From a virus, in IMG/VR virus record IMGVR_UViG_3300009537_001827, positions 2,320 to 66,319 of that record: 64,000 nt of DNA. The stretch is one strand, 5' to 3'. Position numbers and translations under genes: made by a program. The notes below the pieces were generated by a model. The model made no database searches. It saw only the letters and a list, made by a program, of their open reading frames with translations, and was not told where the DNA came from. Shown piece after piece: positions 16,597 through 25,416 of this stretch; position 1 is the first letter of the stretch, and every line of letters begins with the position of its first letter.

Positions 16597-17427
16597 TTAG
16601 AATCGAAACGAGACGCCTGCGAAAATTGAACTCTTCTGGCTCAGCGTGGCGAGAGTCGTGGCCCGGAACTTCTCCGATCCGATGCCTATGGACGCCTGAG
16701 CGTAACCGCCTGCCGGGAATGTAGCATCGGGCGACAGGAGCAGTCCAGCCCCGACTTCCATCTGGGCGTCACAGAGCGTGGGAAGGAATCCGAACAGGCG
16801 GCTCCGACAGGGAGGCTCTCGGGCTTCGCGCAGCCAATCCACGATCTCGGGAGGCTGGTCGATCTCAACACGGAAGTTCTCATCAAATCCCTCCAGCGAG
16901 ACGATGACTTCCCAAGGCAGGCTCTTATGCGCGGCGAGCCCCACGTCCAGCACAAGCGGCTTCGGGCGGAAGAAGATATCGACCTCGGGAGGGAACTGGT
17001 TGCACTCGGCGCAGAAGACGGAGCCCGAGATCACCCCGAGCGATACGGTATCGGGGCCAAACGGGAAATCTCCACCAAGTCCAATGTCTCCAATCGTGTC
17101 GGGGGCGGTGATGATCCCTTCGAGCGCATCCACCGAATCGGTGAGGATCCGGATGCCCCGGGCCATGAAGACGAGCCTTCTCCCCGAGTCGGAGAGCGCC
17201 TTGCGCAGGTCCTCCCGGTCAGTCGTAATCTCCTCGACTTCGAGCGCCATCCGGGCCACGGTGCCTTCGGCGATCAACCGGGTCGAGTCCGAGAGGGCAA
17301 GCCTCTGCCGGAGTGTAGACGCCTCTTGAGCCGCCTCTGAGAGCTTCGACTGGAAATAGATGAAGCCGAAAATTCCGATGGCGGCCAAAAGAGCATAAGG
17401 GCCAATTTTCAAGAGCTTGACAAACAC
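16597..17427 (-). CDS. Spanin-like protein: N-terminal TM, coiled coil, C-terminal amphipathic beta-strands ending in Phe
   Basis: TM YALLAAIGIFGFIYF, heptad region, C-terminus SIFAGVSFRF; downstream of the amidase. Confidence 0.55.
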   Translation of the reverse strand: MFVKLLKIGPYALLAAIGIFGFIYFQSKLSEAAQEASTLRQRLALSDSTRLIAEGTVARMALEVEEITTDREDLRKALSDSGRRLVFMARGIRILTDSVDALEGIITAPDTIGDIGLGGDFPFGPDTVSLGVISGSVFCAECNQFPPEVDIFFRPKPLVLDVGLAAHKSLPWEVIVSLEGFDENFRVEIDQPPEIVDWLREAREPPCRSRLFGFLPTLCDAQMEVGAGLLLSPDATFPAGGYAQASIGIGSEKFRATTLATLSQKSSIFAGVSFRF

Positions 17428-17709
17428 CAGAACTCCTCCTAATTTTCGGGCCAACAGGCAGGAAATTCAGTTGCCCTCCACCCTGCCACATCGCCGAGAG
17501 TCGCCCGGTTCTGCCGGGCGATCTCTTTTTTACTCCCCCTTGTGCCTCCTGATGTAGCTGGAGTCTCTGGCCGGATTCGACACCGGCTGCGCCGATATCT
17601 GCGTATGCCCCAAGAATTGAACTCGGAATCGGTTGGGGTTTCCTCCACCGTTTTTACACGTCCCCCTTGACATTGCGTGTCCTTCCACGCCGCAGAGACT
17701 CCAAATTGA

Positions 17710-18357
17710 TCATACCTCTTCGAGATTCAGCATCCGCCTGAAGTGATCGTAACCGAAACCGGGGTGCAGATCCGTCTTGTCCGCCCGGACATGGTGATGC
17801 CCGATAATCCCCTTGAAGTCCCAGAGTTTCGTCCGGGCTTCTGCGAGATGATTGGCAGGCATTCTCCGGGGAATCCCGAACTTCTCGATCAGGTAGTCAG
17901 CGAGCTTGATCACGGACTCGATCTGCGCATCATCGTAGGCATCGAAGTACTGATAACCCCTCCAATCATCCCCGTGATCGTAGTACTTCTCCTTGTCATC
18001 CACGAGGCTGTAGAGCCGCTTCTTGCCATCGAAGGCGTAAAGCCACTCACCAACACGGGTCAGGGCTCCTTCACTGGCAAGCTCGATCCCGATGGAGCGG
18101 GCGTCCATCTCCGGGTCCCCAACCTTCAGGTGGTAGCACCAATACTCTGGATCGAAGACCTCGAAGACCTTGCCATCGCGCTCGACGATGTACGCCGTAC
18201 CAACGCGAGCAGGGTCCCTGAGCCACCATCGGTACGTCGATTCCGCCGAGCCCCCGACCGTGTGATGCAGGACGAGCAGGTCCTTGAAGTCGGCCTTCAC
18301 CTTCACGTACTGGTCATCGGGCAGTCGCAGGCTTCGGTCTATCACGAGTTCACTCAT
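17710..18357 (-). CDS. N-acetylmuramoyl-L-alanine amidase (Amidase_2), endolysin
   Basis: LVLHHT, YIVERDG, CYH, SIGIE, IIGH, KTDLHPG zinc-amidase motifs. Confidence 0.9.
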   Translation of the reverse strand: MSELVIDRSLRLPDDQYVKVKADFKDLLVLHHTVGGSAESTYRWWLRDPARVGTAYIVERDGKVFEVFDPEYWCYHLKVGDPEMDARSIGIELASEGALTRVGEWLYAFDGKKRLYSLVDDKEKYYDHGDDWRGYQYFDAYDDAQIESVIKLADYLIEKFGIPRRMPANHLAEARTKLWDFKGIIGHHHVRADKTDLHPGFGYDHFRRMLNLEEV

Positions 18358-18790
18358 GTCTCGACTCCTCTCTGGTGACCGGAATAACCCGGCCACGAAG
18401 TCCAACCACAGGCCCGTCCATTCCACTAGAAGTTCGTCTTCGCCAATCGAACTCTCGCTTCCTCCAAAGTTCGTCTCTCACGCTCTCCATGTACTTTGGA
18501 TCGTGATACTGCGCATACATCTCAAGAGCCTTGAAAGTCGCCTCCGTGTGATGGTTCCTGATCTCGTCCCACGCCACCTGAAACGGCGACTCCCGGCAGT
18601 CAAACGGCTCTACCGGGAGTGCGTAGCCATCATGGTAGCAGATAATGAACCCGAGCTTCCTGAGAAGTGTCTGGAAGCGATGTGAGCACTGACTGCACGA
18701 TGAGAGCCCGAGCCTCTTGAGAACGGACCCGGCAAGAGGCCTCAATCGACGAAGAACGAACGTGATGGCTTGAGTCATCAGATAGTGCAA
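18350..18790 (-). CDS. Hypothetical protein
   Basis: Overlaps both neighbours in operon fashion. Confidence 0.55.
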   Translation of the reverse strand: MHYLMTQAITFVLRRLRPLAGSVLKRLGLSSCSQCSHRFQTLLRKLGFIICYHDGYALPVEPFDCRESPFQVAWDEIRNHHTEATFKALEMYAQYHDPKYMESVRDELWRKREFDWRRRTSSGMDGPVVGLRGRVIPVTREESRHE

Positions 18791-19743
18791 ATCCTTCCTG
18801 AAGCAAACCCAAGAACGGAACTCTCTACGGTAGACTGCAACTGAGCATCGGTGATCCTCACCAGTTCAAACTTGTACTGATAGCTCTGCGCGGGCTGCGA
18901 CCCGGGGGGGTAATCACAGATCGCGAAGTGATCCTGAAACTGACCCTGAGCAGGCCCAAGTAAGCCATAGTTGACGAGTGGGGAACAGTCCCCGTAATCA
19001 CCAAGCACGCCGACCGTCGCCAGTAAACTATAGCCTGTAGAGACAGGCGTGACCTGTTTCCGGTAGACCTTCACCTGATGTGTCGTATTGTCCACAACCC
19101 CGCTGACAACGGACCGGACCCAGCGAACGATCAGCCTCGTTCTATCACTACAAATCGCACAGTCCCAAGAGCTCGGAGGCGACCCAACACAACCCGGAAA
19201 GAGTTGCACCTCTGTAACGACCCCAAGAGTCCCGACCCCCGCAGCGGAAGGGGCCACGAAGGTCGTGAGCGGTGTCTCAGCCGAGACGGGAGTGAGCAGC
19301 GCATTCTGCATCCGAACCCCGAGCTTCACATCAGAGGAATACACATCCGTCAGGTACGAGGTCGGCTGGAATCCGGACGGCTGCGGATTGATCGTCGCGA
19401 TGGTCGGATAACCAGTCGGCGGGGGAGCCCCGGAGACGAGGCCTCCACCAACTTCGTAATAGGCGGCAGGAGCATCGATGATGCAACTTCCATCGACCGG
19501 ATCGGGCTGCGGAGCGATCCCAAAGACCTCGACCTGAAAACTGCCACCACTGATGACCGTCGCCGTATTACTCCTGACCCGGAAGATCCGATTGTTCGCA
19601 TCCCGGAGGGCGAAACCCAGAAGCGCATTGAGGCCAATGCTCCCACCGTCATGCCCCGAAGCGACTGTAAAGATGTCCGTGACCGGGTTGTACGCTCCCG
19701 TCCCGTGGATGCCCCACTCAAGTTGAACCCTGAAGTCCACCAT
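18778..19743 (-). CDS. Putative tail fibre/baseplate-associated structural protein
   Basis: Beta-rich, Gly/Pro/Cys-rich; follows baseplate genes. Confidence 0.55.
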   Translation of the reverse strand: MVDFRVQLEWGIHGTGAYNPVTDIFTVASGHDGGSIGLNALLGFALRDANNRIFRVRSNTATVISGGSFQVEVFGIAPQPDPVDGSCIIDAPAAYYEVGGGLVSGAPPPTGYPTIATINPQPSGFQPTSYLTDVYSSDVKLGVRMQNALLTPVSAETPLTTFVAPSAAGVGTLGVVTEVQLFPGCVGSPPSSWDCAICSDRTRLIVRWVRSVVSGVVDNTTHQVKVYRKQVTPVSTGYSLLATVGVLGDYGDCSPLVNYGLLGPAQGQFQDHFAICDYPPGSQPAQSYQYKFELVRITDAQLQSTVESSVLGFASGRICTI

Positions 19744-19755
19744 CGATCTCTACTC

Positions 19756-21204
19756 CTACGAAGGAATGATAACTCCGCCAAAGTTGTTCGGCACCTGCGG
19801 CAGCGCGAAGGTCTGGATCTCGAAGTCCGTCTCGGCCGCCAGAGAAGGCACCACGTCTGATGTGATCTCCACCACGTAGCCGATGCGAACCGTGTGAGCC
19901 TGTACGCCATCCGAATTGTCCACCTGCCACGAGTACGTATCGAGAGGCAGGAATTCGATGACGCTCCCTACATTCTGGCAGAAGTTCTCGCCCGGCTGAA
20001 TCGTGCAGACCAGTTCGGTCGGATTGCCATTCTTGTAGAGCGTAATCGTCACGAAGCCTCCGACCGAGACGCTCGCAGGGAGCTTCACCGCAAGGAACTT
20101 CATCTCGCTCGCTATCGGGATGACGCCCCTCGCCTTGGACTCCACAGCCTGAGTTGCGGGAGAATCGTTGAACGGTCCCGGCGAGTAGTAGCGGGTGTCT
20201 CCATCCGGGATGTCGTGGTCCACGATGTTCTGGAAGAAGACGCGGCCCTCGAATTCGATCTCTCCTTCAAGCAGCACTCGTTTCGAGGCTGGATCGGCAG
20301 GTTCGCCGCCAACGAAGAAAGCAGATTCCTCGGTGTGCGTATCCGTATTCTGAATGTGAAGGAGAGAGGCGACGAAGCCGGGCAGGAGAGGCGTGTCGTT
20401 TTCGACCGTCGCCTCGGTCACTCCAAGGTCACCGACGATCCCGGAGCGCATCTCGATATCAGCCAGTTTGACATAGAGGGCATCGCGGATCGTCACTCCG
20501 CCGGTTGCATCGCCCTCGAATTCGCACTCCGAAATCGAGTTGGCCGTGACGATGAACGGGCCAAGCAGGTTTCCGTCAGCGTCATAGACCTCGATTTCCC
20601 GACCCACAAGTTCCCCGGCAGACCACTGTGGCAGATCCTCGGAGGCACCCCGGATGAACTTCCCATCCTGTCCGAGCCCTGAGAGAGGACCCGGCAATTC
20701 CGATCCGAGTTGAATGTCATAGACTCCCCGATACTGATTCGCCCCGGGGAGACGAAGCGTCGTACCGGGGACCGTGACACCCACGACCTCCTGCCCATCG
20801 AGCCCAAGAGGATTCGTCGATGGCTTGGAGTTGAACGTGATCCTCTGCGAGTAGACCCTCAGCCAGAGGACGTGCATCCCCGTCGCCGGAGCGGGATCGA
20901 AGACCGTGACCCCTCCCTTATTGATGTAGAAATTCTTGACGAGGATCTCGCCTGCCGACACCTGAAGCGAACCGGTTCCCGCCCCGGGAAGGTCCGGGAC
21001 ATGAGCGACTTCCCATCCGCGAATCCGGGCCAGACCAACCACCTGCTCCATCAACCGGCGCAGGAAATTGACCGTGGTCTGTGTGTTCTGATTCGCGGCG
21101 TAGTCGGTCATGATGTTCGGTTCTGCCAGCATTTCGAGCTTGAGCACCAGATCCGACTCTAGGAATTGCTCTCCTGTCGTCCGGACGGGATCTACTCTGG
21201 CCAT
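19756..21204 (-). CDS. Baseplate wedge/tail fibre attachment protein
   Basis: Follows the gpI-like gene; LQVSAGEILV motif and HIQNTDTHT fibre-type motif. Confidence 0.6.
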   Translation of the reverse strand: MARVDPVRTTGEQFLESDLVLKLEMLAEPNIMTDYAANQNTQTTVNFLRRLMEQVVGLARIRGWEVAHVPDLPGAGTGSLQVSAGEILVKNFYINKGGVTVFDPAPATGMHVLWLRVYSQRITFNSKPSTNPLGLDGQEVVGVTVPGTTLRLPGANQYRGVYDIQLGSELPGPLSGLGQDGKFIRGASEDLPQWSAGELVGREIEVYDADGNLLGPFIVTANSISECEFEGDATGGVTIRDALYVKLADIEMRSGIVGDLGVTEATVENDTPLLPGFVASLLHIQNTDTHTEESAFFVGGEPADPASKRVLLEGEIEFEGRVFFQNIVDHDIPDGDTRYYSPGPFNDSPATQAVESKARGVIPIASEMKFLAVKLPASVSVGGFVTITLYKNGNPTELVCTIQPGENFCQNVGSVIEFLPLDTYSWQVDNSDGVQAHTVRIGYVVEITSDVVPSLAAETDFEIQTFALPQVPNNFGGVIIPS

Positions 21205-21205
21205 C

Positions 21206-21877
21206 CTAAATCTCCGTGAACAAGAAGTGTATGTCCAGCAAGGACTCGATCCCCAGTACGGGGACGAAATATCTCGGAGTCTGCCGGACGAACTCTTTGA
21301 AATCGTCGGTCAGGGAAGCACTCGTACCAGTGATCGAGATGACGACCGTGACTTCGAGCGTCTCAGGACTCCAGAGGTAAGCGATGGAGTCATCAGGGGT
21401 CTGGTACGTGACGAGGATGTCCTCGTTCGGGAACATGAATCCCGGAGTGCCCCAATAGAAAATCCTCGCCGTGAACCGGTCGATGGAGATGACCGCCGTC
21501 ACGTCATCGGGACTAATCGCCGTGAGGTACTGCTCCCACCCCCGGATCGTGTTCCGAAACTTGTTGATCTCTCCCGCTTCCCGAGCGAGGTCCCTGATCT
21601 GCTCGTCAGCCGCGAAGTCCGGGACGGGAAGATCGAATTCCAGACACATCGCGATGAGTGCCTCTCGCGGGGCAGATTCGACATCCGCGAGGTCCCACAT
21701 CGAGAAATTCGCCTTCGCCGTGATGAAAGCGAACCAGTCAAGAATGCTGTAGAATTCCTCCGACAGTCTCGTGACCGTCTTGCCGGGAATCGCCCGAGAC
21801 GGGAGATAGACCTCGTTAAGCTGCTCTTGCAGGTCTTCGAGATCCGTGATCGCGAGGACTTCAGGGGAGACTGTCAT
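21206..21877 (-). CDS. Baseplate protein, P2 gpI-like
   Basis: DVESAPREALIAM...QIRDLAREAGEINKFRNTIRG resembles gpI/gp7 motif; downstream of baseplate J. Confidence 0.7.
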   Translation of the reverse strand: MTVSPEVLAITDLEDLQEQLNEVYLPSRAIPGKTVTRLSEEFYSILDWFAFITAKANFSMWDLADVESAPREALIAMCLEFDLPVPDFAADEQIRDLAREAGEINKFRNTIRGWEQYLTAISPDDVTAVISIDRFTARIFYWGTPGFMFPNEDILVTYQTPDDSIAYLWSPETLEVTVVISITGTSASLTDDFKEFVRQTPRYFVPVLGIESLLDIHFLFTEI

Positions 21878-21993
21878 TGCCTCTCAAAAACACGGCAGCA
21901 GCGATGGCAGATGAACCACCACCAACCACATACTGTCGATGTCGTTATGCAGTCTTTTTCCTGACCGCAGTAAGGGCATCTGAACACGGTCAC
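21874..21993 (-). CDS. 39-aa Cys-rich zinc-ribbon peptide
   Basis: MTVFRCPYCGQEKDCITTSTVCGWWWFICHRCCRVFERQ; stop overlaps the next ATG (manual translation). Confidence 0.45.
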   Translation of the reverse strand: MTVFRCPYCGQEKDCITTSTVCGWWWFICHRCCRVFERQ

Positions 21994-22003
21994 TTTGATA
22001 CTC

Positions 22004-23485
22004 TCATCCGCGTCTGCCCGTCATCCGGGAACTCGTGAACCCGACTTCGCTCTCGATCACAACCTCGACCACCCTCGTCGTCTCGGTGTGTTCCTTGGTC
22101 GGAAGCTGGTCCGAGGCCAATACGATGTTCTCCTCGGGAAGGAAAATCTCGTAATCGTAAATCTCGGGGATCTCCTTGAGCAGAAGTCCGAGATCGGAGA
22201 TGAGCACCACCTCTCCGAAGTCGTTCAGGTAATTCCCCTCGTCATCGGTTGCCAGAGGATCGAGCCACTCATCGATGGCGGTGTTGACCTTGTTCGTCAC
22301 CGCCTGACGGTCACTGCCCCGGACCGCGAAGACCCGGACCTGTACGTTCGTCTCTTTGAACTTCGGGGGCAAGAGTTCGATGGTGAAGCCCATTATCAGG
22401 CGGGTGAGGACATCGTTCTCGATGCTTGTCGCAAAGGCAGGAGTCAGCGAGAACCCCTGCTCCATGAGCACGTAGCACTGAATCTTCTGTCCCGGCTGGA
22501 GGAACGGTTTCGCCCGGGCGATGGAGATGAGGGATTCGAGGTACGACCTCACCGCGTCGAGCGTGTTCAACTGGCCGCCTTCCCGAATCGCGATGGGAGC
22601 GTAAATCTTGATGTGGTCCGGAGACTCCTCCTCGGCCCCTCCCGTCGCCGGATTTGGGTTCGCCACGCCCTGCACGTAAGACGGAGCGTCGAGCAGCACG
22701 TCAATCGTGTCCTGCGCGACGTTGCCGATAGCCCCTCCACCGACCCGGTAGAAGACATTGATCGCCGCCCCGCTCGGAGGAAGCTCGCCACGAGCGCCAT
22801 CGCCGAACAGGATGAAGCCCGTGCCGTCGAAATCGAGATCGAGAACGAAGACCTCATCGGACGGTCCCTTGTCCCCGAAGCCATCGACCCGGGTCCACGC
22901 GACGGCATCGACCGTCAGGATGAAGCTCTCGGGAATCTGCTCTTCGAGCATGATCGGCCGCCGCGAGAGCATGATCTTCTGAAACGGGCGTCCCGTGCTC
23001 ACAAAGCTCTCATTCACGCTTGCACCGTGCGCGAACTGGACGTTGAGGACGTTCGTAGCGTTCGCCAGAATGGTGATCTGCTGGGTGTTCTCGAAAGGTA
23101 CGGACTCCTCGGCTCCGCCCGCTGCCGTGCCGATCCTCATCTCGTAGGGATTGATCGTCCGGATGATAGGCGAGGACACGACCGAGATCGTCACATCCAC
23201 CAGAGAGGGCTGCCGCGTCTTTGGCACGTAGCCAAGACGCTTCGCGTGTGAATAGATCGAGCGACGGTCGAGCGCCGTGTCGAGGGAGAACTCCTGAGCG
23301 AGGAGATTGGCGAAGAAGCTCTCTCGATCCACTGAAGCGAGGTAAAGCTCCATCAGATAGACCGCCGGATCGTTGGGATTCGTGTAATCCCAATCCGGGA
23401 TAAGCTTCTTGGCAAGCTCACGGGCGTCGTCGAGGAGATCGTCGAACGTGAGCCCTTGGACCTTAACATCGAAAACAGGCAACAT
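22004..23485 (-). CDS. Baseplate J / T4 gp6-like wedge protein
   Basis: WDYTNPNDP, AKRLGYVP, FGDGARGELP, YRVGGGAIGNV, ATGGAEEES motifs. Confidence 0.93.
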   Translation of the reverse strand: MLPVFDVKVQGLTFDDLLDDARELAKKLIPDWDYTNPNDPAVYLMELYLASVDRESFFANLLAQEFSLDTALDRRSIYSHAKRLGYVPKTRQPSLVDVTISVVSSPIIRTINPYEMRIGTAAGGAEESVPFENTQQITILANATNVLNVQFAHGASVNESFVSTGRPFQKIMLSRRPIMLEEQIPESFILTVDAVAWTRVDGFGDKGPSDEVFVLDLDFDGTGFILFGDGARGELPPSGAAINVFYRVGGGAIGNVAQDTIDVLLDAPSYVQGVANPNPATGGAEEESPDHIKIYAPIAIREGGQLNTLDAVRSYLESLISIARAKPFLQPGQKIQCYVLMEQGFSLTPAFATSIENDVLTRLIMGFTIELLPPKFKETNVQVRVFAVRGSDRQAVTNKVNTAIDEWLDPLATDDEGNYLNDFGEVVLISDLGLLLKEIPEIYDYEIFLPEENIVLASDQLPTKEHTETTRVVEVVIESEVGFTSSRMTGRRG

Positions 23486-23489
23486 GGAA

Positions 23490-24032
23490 TTATTTCTCCA
23501 CAATCTCCCAGAGGTAGATCATCGCCCCGCCTCTCCTGCGCTCCATTGCCCGGATGCACTTCTTGAAAAGCTCCATGCAGGAGAGCGCATCCGGCAACGC
23601 CCGATGATAGGTCGGGCTCTCCACGAGCTTTGAGAGCCTGTAGCTGTCGGAAGAGAGGAAGTTCTTCGCCAAGCGCAGAGTATTGATGACCGGCAGATTC
23701 CTCATCCCCTCGGTCACGTATCTCAGATCAAACGAGGAATGATGGGCCACGAGCACAGAGCCCCGGGAGAAGTCTTCGAGCACGGGAAGGACCGATTCCA
23801 ACGTCGGAGCGTGAAAGACCATCTCGTTCGTGATCCCGTGGACATTCGTCGCATCCGGAGGGATCTTCTTCGTCGGGGGTTTGACGAGTTGGGAGAACGT
23901 CACTCGACTGTCATTCATCAAGTTGAAGCGCACCGCTCCAGCCTCAACAGCCTCGGAAGTCGCATAGACCCCCGTCGTCTCGAAGTCGATGGCACAAAAT
24001 TCGACATCGTACACGCTCGGTTCTGGATTCAT
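23490..24032 (-). CDS. DEDDh 3'-5' exonuclease (DNA pol III epsilon-like)
   Basis: IDFETTG, VHGIT, VAHHSSFD, HRALPDA. Confidence 0.92.
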   Translation of the reverse strand: MNPEPSVYDVEFCAIDFETTGVYATSEAVEAGAVRFNLMNDSRVTFSQLVKPPTKKIPPDATNVHGITNEMVFHAPTLESVLPVLEDFSRGSVLVAHHSSFDLRYVTEGMRNLPVINTLRLAKNFLSSDSYRLSKLVESPTYHRALPDALSCMELFKKCIRAMERRRGGAMIYLWEIVEK

Positions 24033-24048
24033 TGGCTCATCCAACTCT

Positions 24049-24666
24049 TCACTCCGAGACCCCACAACTGCCGCAAATGGACTCCGCATATCCGTTCTCT
24101 GGGTCCTCGCCTATCGCGAGAAGCTGGCTCACTCGATGAGGCCCACGATTATAACTCAGTAACGCCAGACGAAGATCGCCGTTGTACTCCGTGAGCAATT
24201 GTTTCAGATACCTGAACCCGAGATGAAGGTTCAGTTCCGGATCGAAGAGTTCGTCAACGGGAACTCTCCGCTCCATGAGTTCGGCTGCGGTAGAGGGCAT
24301 GACCTGCGCGTACCCTATCGCACCCACACGACTGACCGCTCTCGAATTGAAAGCGGACTCGACCTCCACGAGCCGGAAGGCAATGTCGGTATCAATGCCC
24401 TCCGCGAGAGCGATGTCATAGATCATCGCCGCCTGCCCCGCGTCGATTCTGTAGTCAGTCGAGTACTGAACGATGGCGGAGAGCCTCGTGTAATCGTGGG
24501 AGAGGATCACGTTCTCATACAGCAAACGATCCCTCTCCTGCCCGAGCGCGGACAGGCTGTCCTCGATCCGTTGTCGTTCCGCCGCTGCCGACTTCCCGGC
24601 AGAGATAGCCCACACGAAGAGCAGGCTGAGGACACACAAGGGCCATACGGACTTGAGTTGTCTCAT
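24049..24666 (-). CDS. Lytic transglycosylase (SLT) with N-terminal signal/TM
   Basis: VESAFNSRAVSRVGAIGYAQVMP, NLHLGFRYL, SYNRGP. Confidence 0.93.
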   Translation of the reverse strand: MRQLKSVWPLCVLSLLFVWAISAGKSAAAERQRIEDSLSALGQERDRLLYENVILSHDYTRLSAIVQYSTDYRIDAGQAAMIYDIALAEGIDTDIAFRLVEVESAFNSRAVSRVGAIGYAQVMPSTAAELMERRVPVDELFDPELNLHLGFRYLKQLLTEYNGDLRLALLSYNRGPHRVSQLLAIGEDPENGYAESICGSCGVSE

Positions 24667-24707
24667 TGCAACACCTCACGTCTGGCGGGACCTTGAAGAC
24701 AGCCGAT

Positions 24708-25106
24708 CTAAAGCTCCCCTGTCGGCTCGGTTATGTAAACGGGGATCCATCCCCCATCGGGAAAAGATAGCTCGGCTCCTCCGGGAAAGAAAGCTCGGAA
24801 CTCCCCCCGGAATTGACCGGCCTCATCCACGTCCTCGGATTCCCACTCGTATCTGACAGTAAATCCATCGGGCTCGACGACAGCAGGCTTTCCGTCGATC
24901 TTCACGAACGTATCTGCGATCTCATCCGCCCTCTCCTGATTCACCGGTTGCGTCTTCGGTCCGAACGCGAACCACATGTAGAAGAGAACCTGAGTCGCCT
25001 GCGAGACATCGACAGGCTGGGAGTCCACGTCCAGCATCTCCCTCCGGAGTACCGGAAGTGTGTTCCCCTTCCTGAGTCGGTGTGCCGGATTCAGAAGCGT
25101 ACCCAT
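24708..25106 (-). CDS. BppU-like baseplate upper/fibre attachment domain protein
   Basis: KGNTLP, PVDVS, VRYEW..DVD.AG.F.GEF...SFP motif set. Confidence 0.7.
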   Translation of the reverse strand: MGTLLNPAHRLRKGNTLPVLRREMLDVDSQPVDVSQATQVLFYMWFAFGPKTQPVNQERADEIADTFVKIDGKPAVVEPDGFTVRYEWESEDVDEAGQFRGEFRAFFPGGAELSFPDGGWIPVYITEPTGEL

Positions 25107-25108
25107 CG

Positions 25109-25414
25109 TCAGACCTCGATGTATGCCGCGTGACCCCGGATGAGCCCCACCGCGTTTCCCGCGATGGCGAGATAAGCTCCTTCAGCAGTCTCGAACGCCG
25201 GAGCATTGACCTTCCCGGGGAAAGACACCGGGACGTTCGCCCCGAGGTCGAGCCTGCCGATAAGTGAAGTCCCCGACCTGAACTCTACCACCATCGCGAC
25301 CGATGGCGTAACCACGTAGGACACGACCCGGATCTTCTTCCCGGTGATACCGCTCACGAGCGTCACCGGACCCGGGGTTGTCGCGTTGATCGAGACGAAT
25401 TGCGGATCAGCCAT
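25109..25414 (-). CDS. Small structural protein, paralogous to the C-terminus of the 1005-aa fibre
   Basis: GKKIRVVSYV...PAFETAEGA shared with 25417..28434. Confidence 0.65.
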   Translation of the reverse strand: MADPQFVSINATTPGPVTLVSGITGKKIRVVSYVVTPSVAMVVEFRSGTSLIGRLDLGANVPVSFPGKVNAPAFETAEGAYLAIAGNAVGLIRGHAAYIEV

Positions 25415-25416
25415 CT

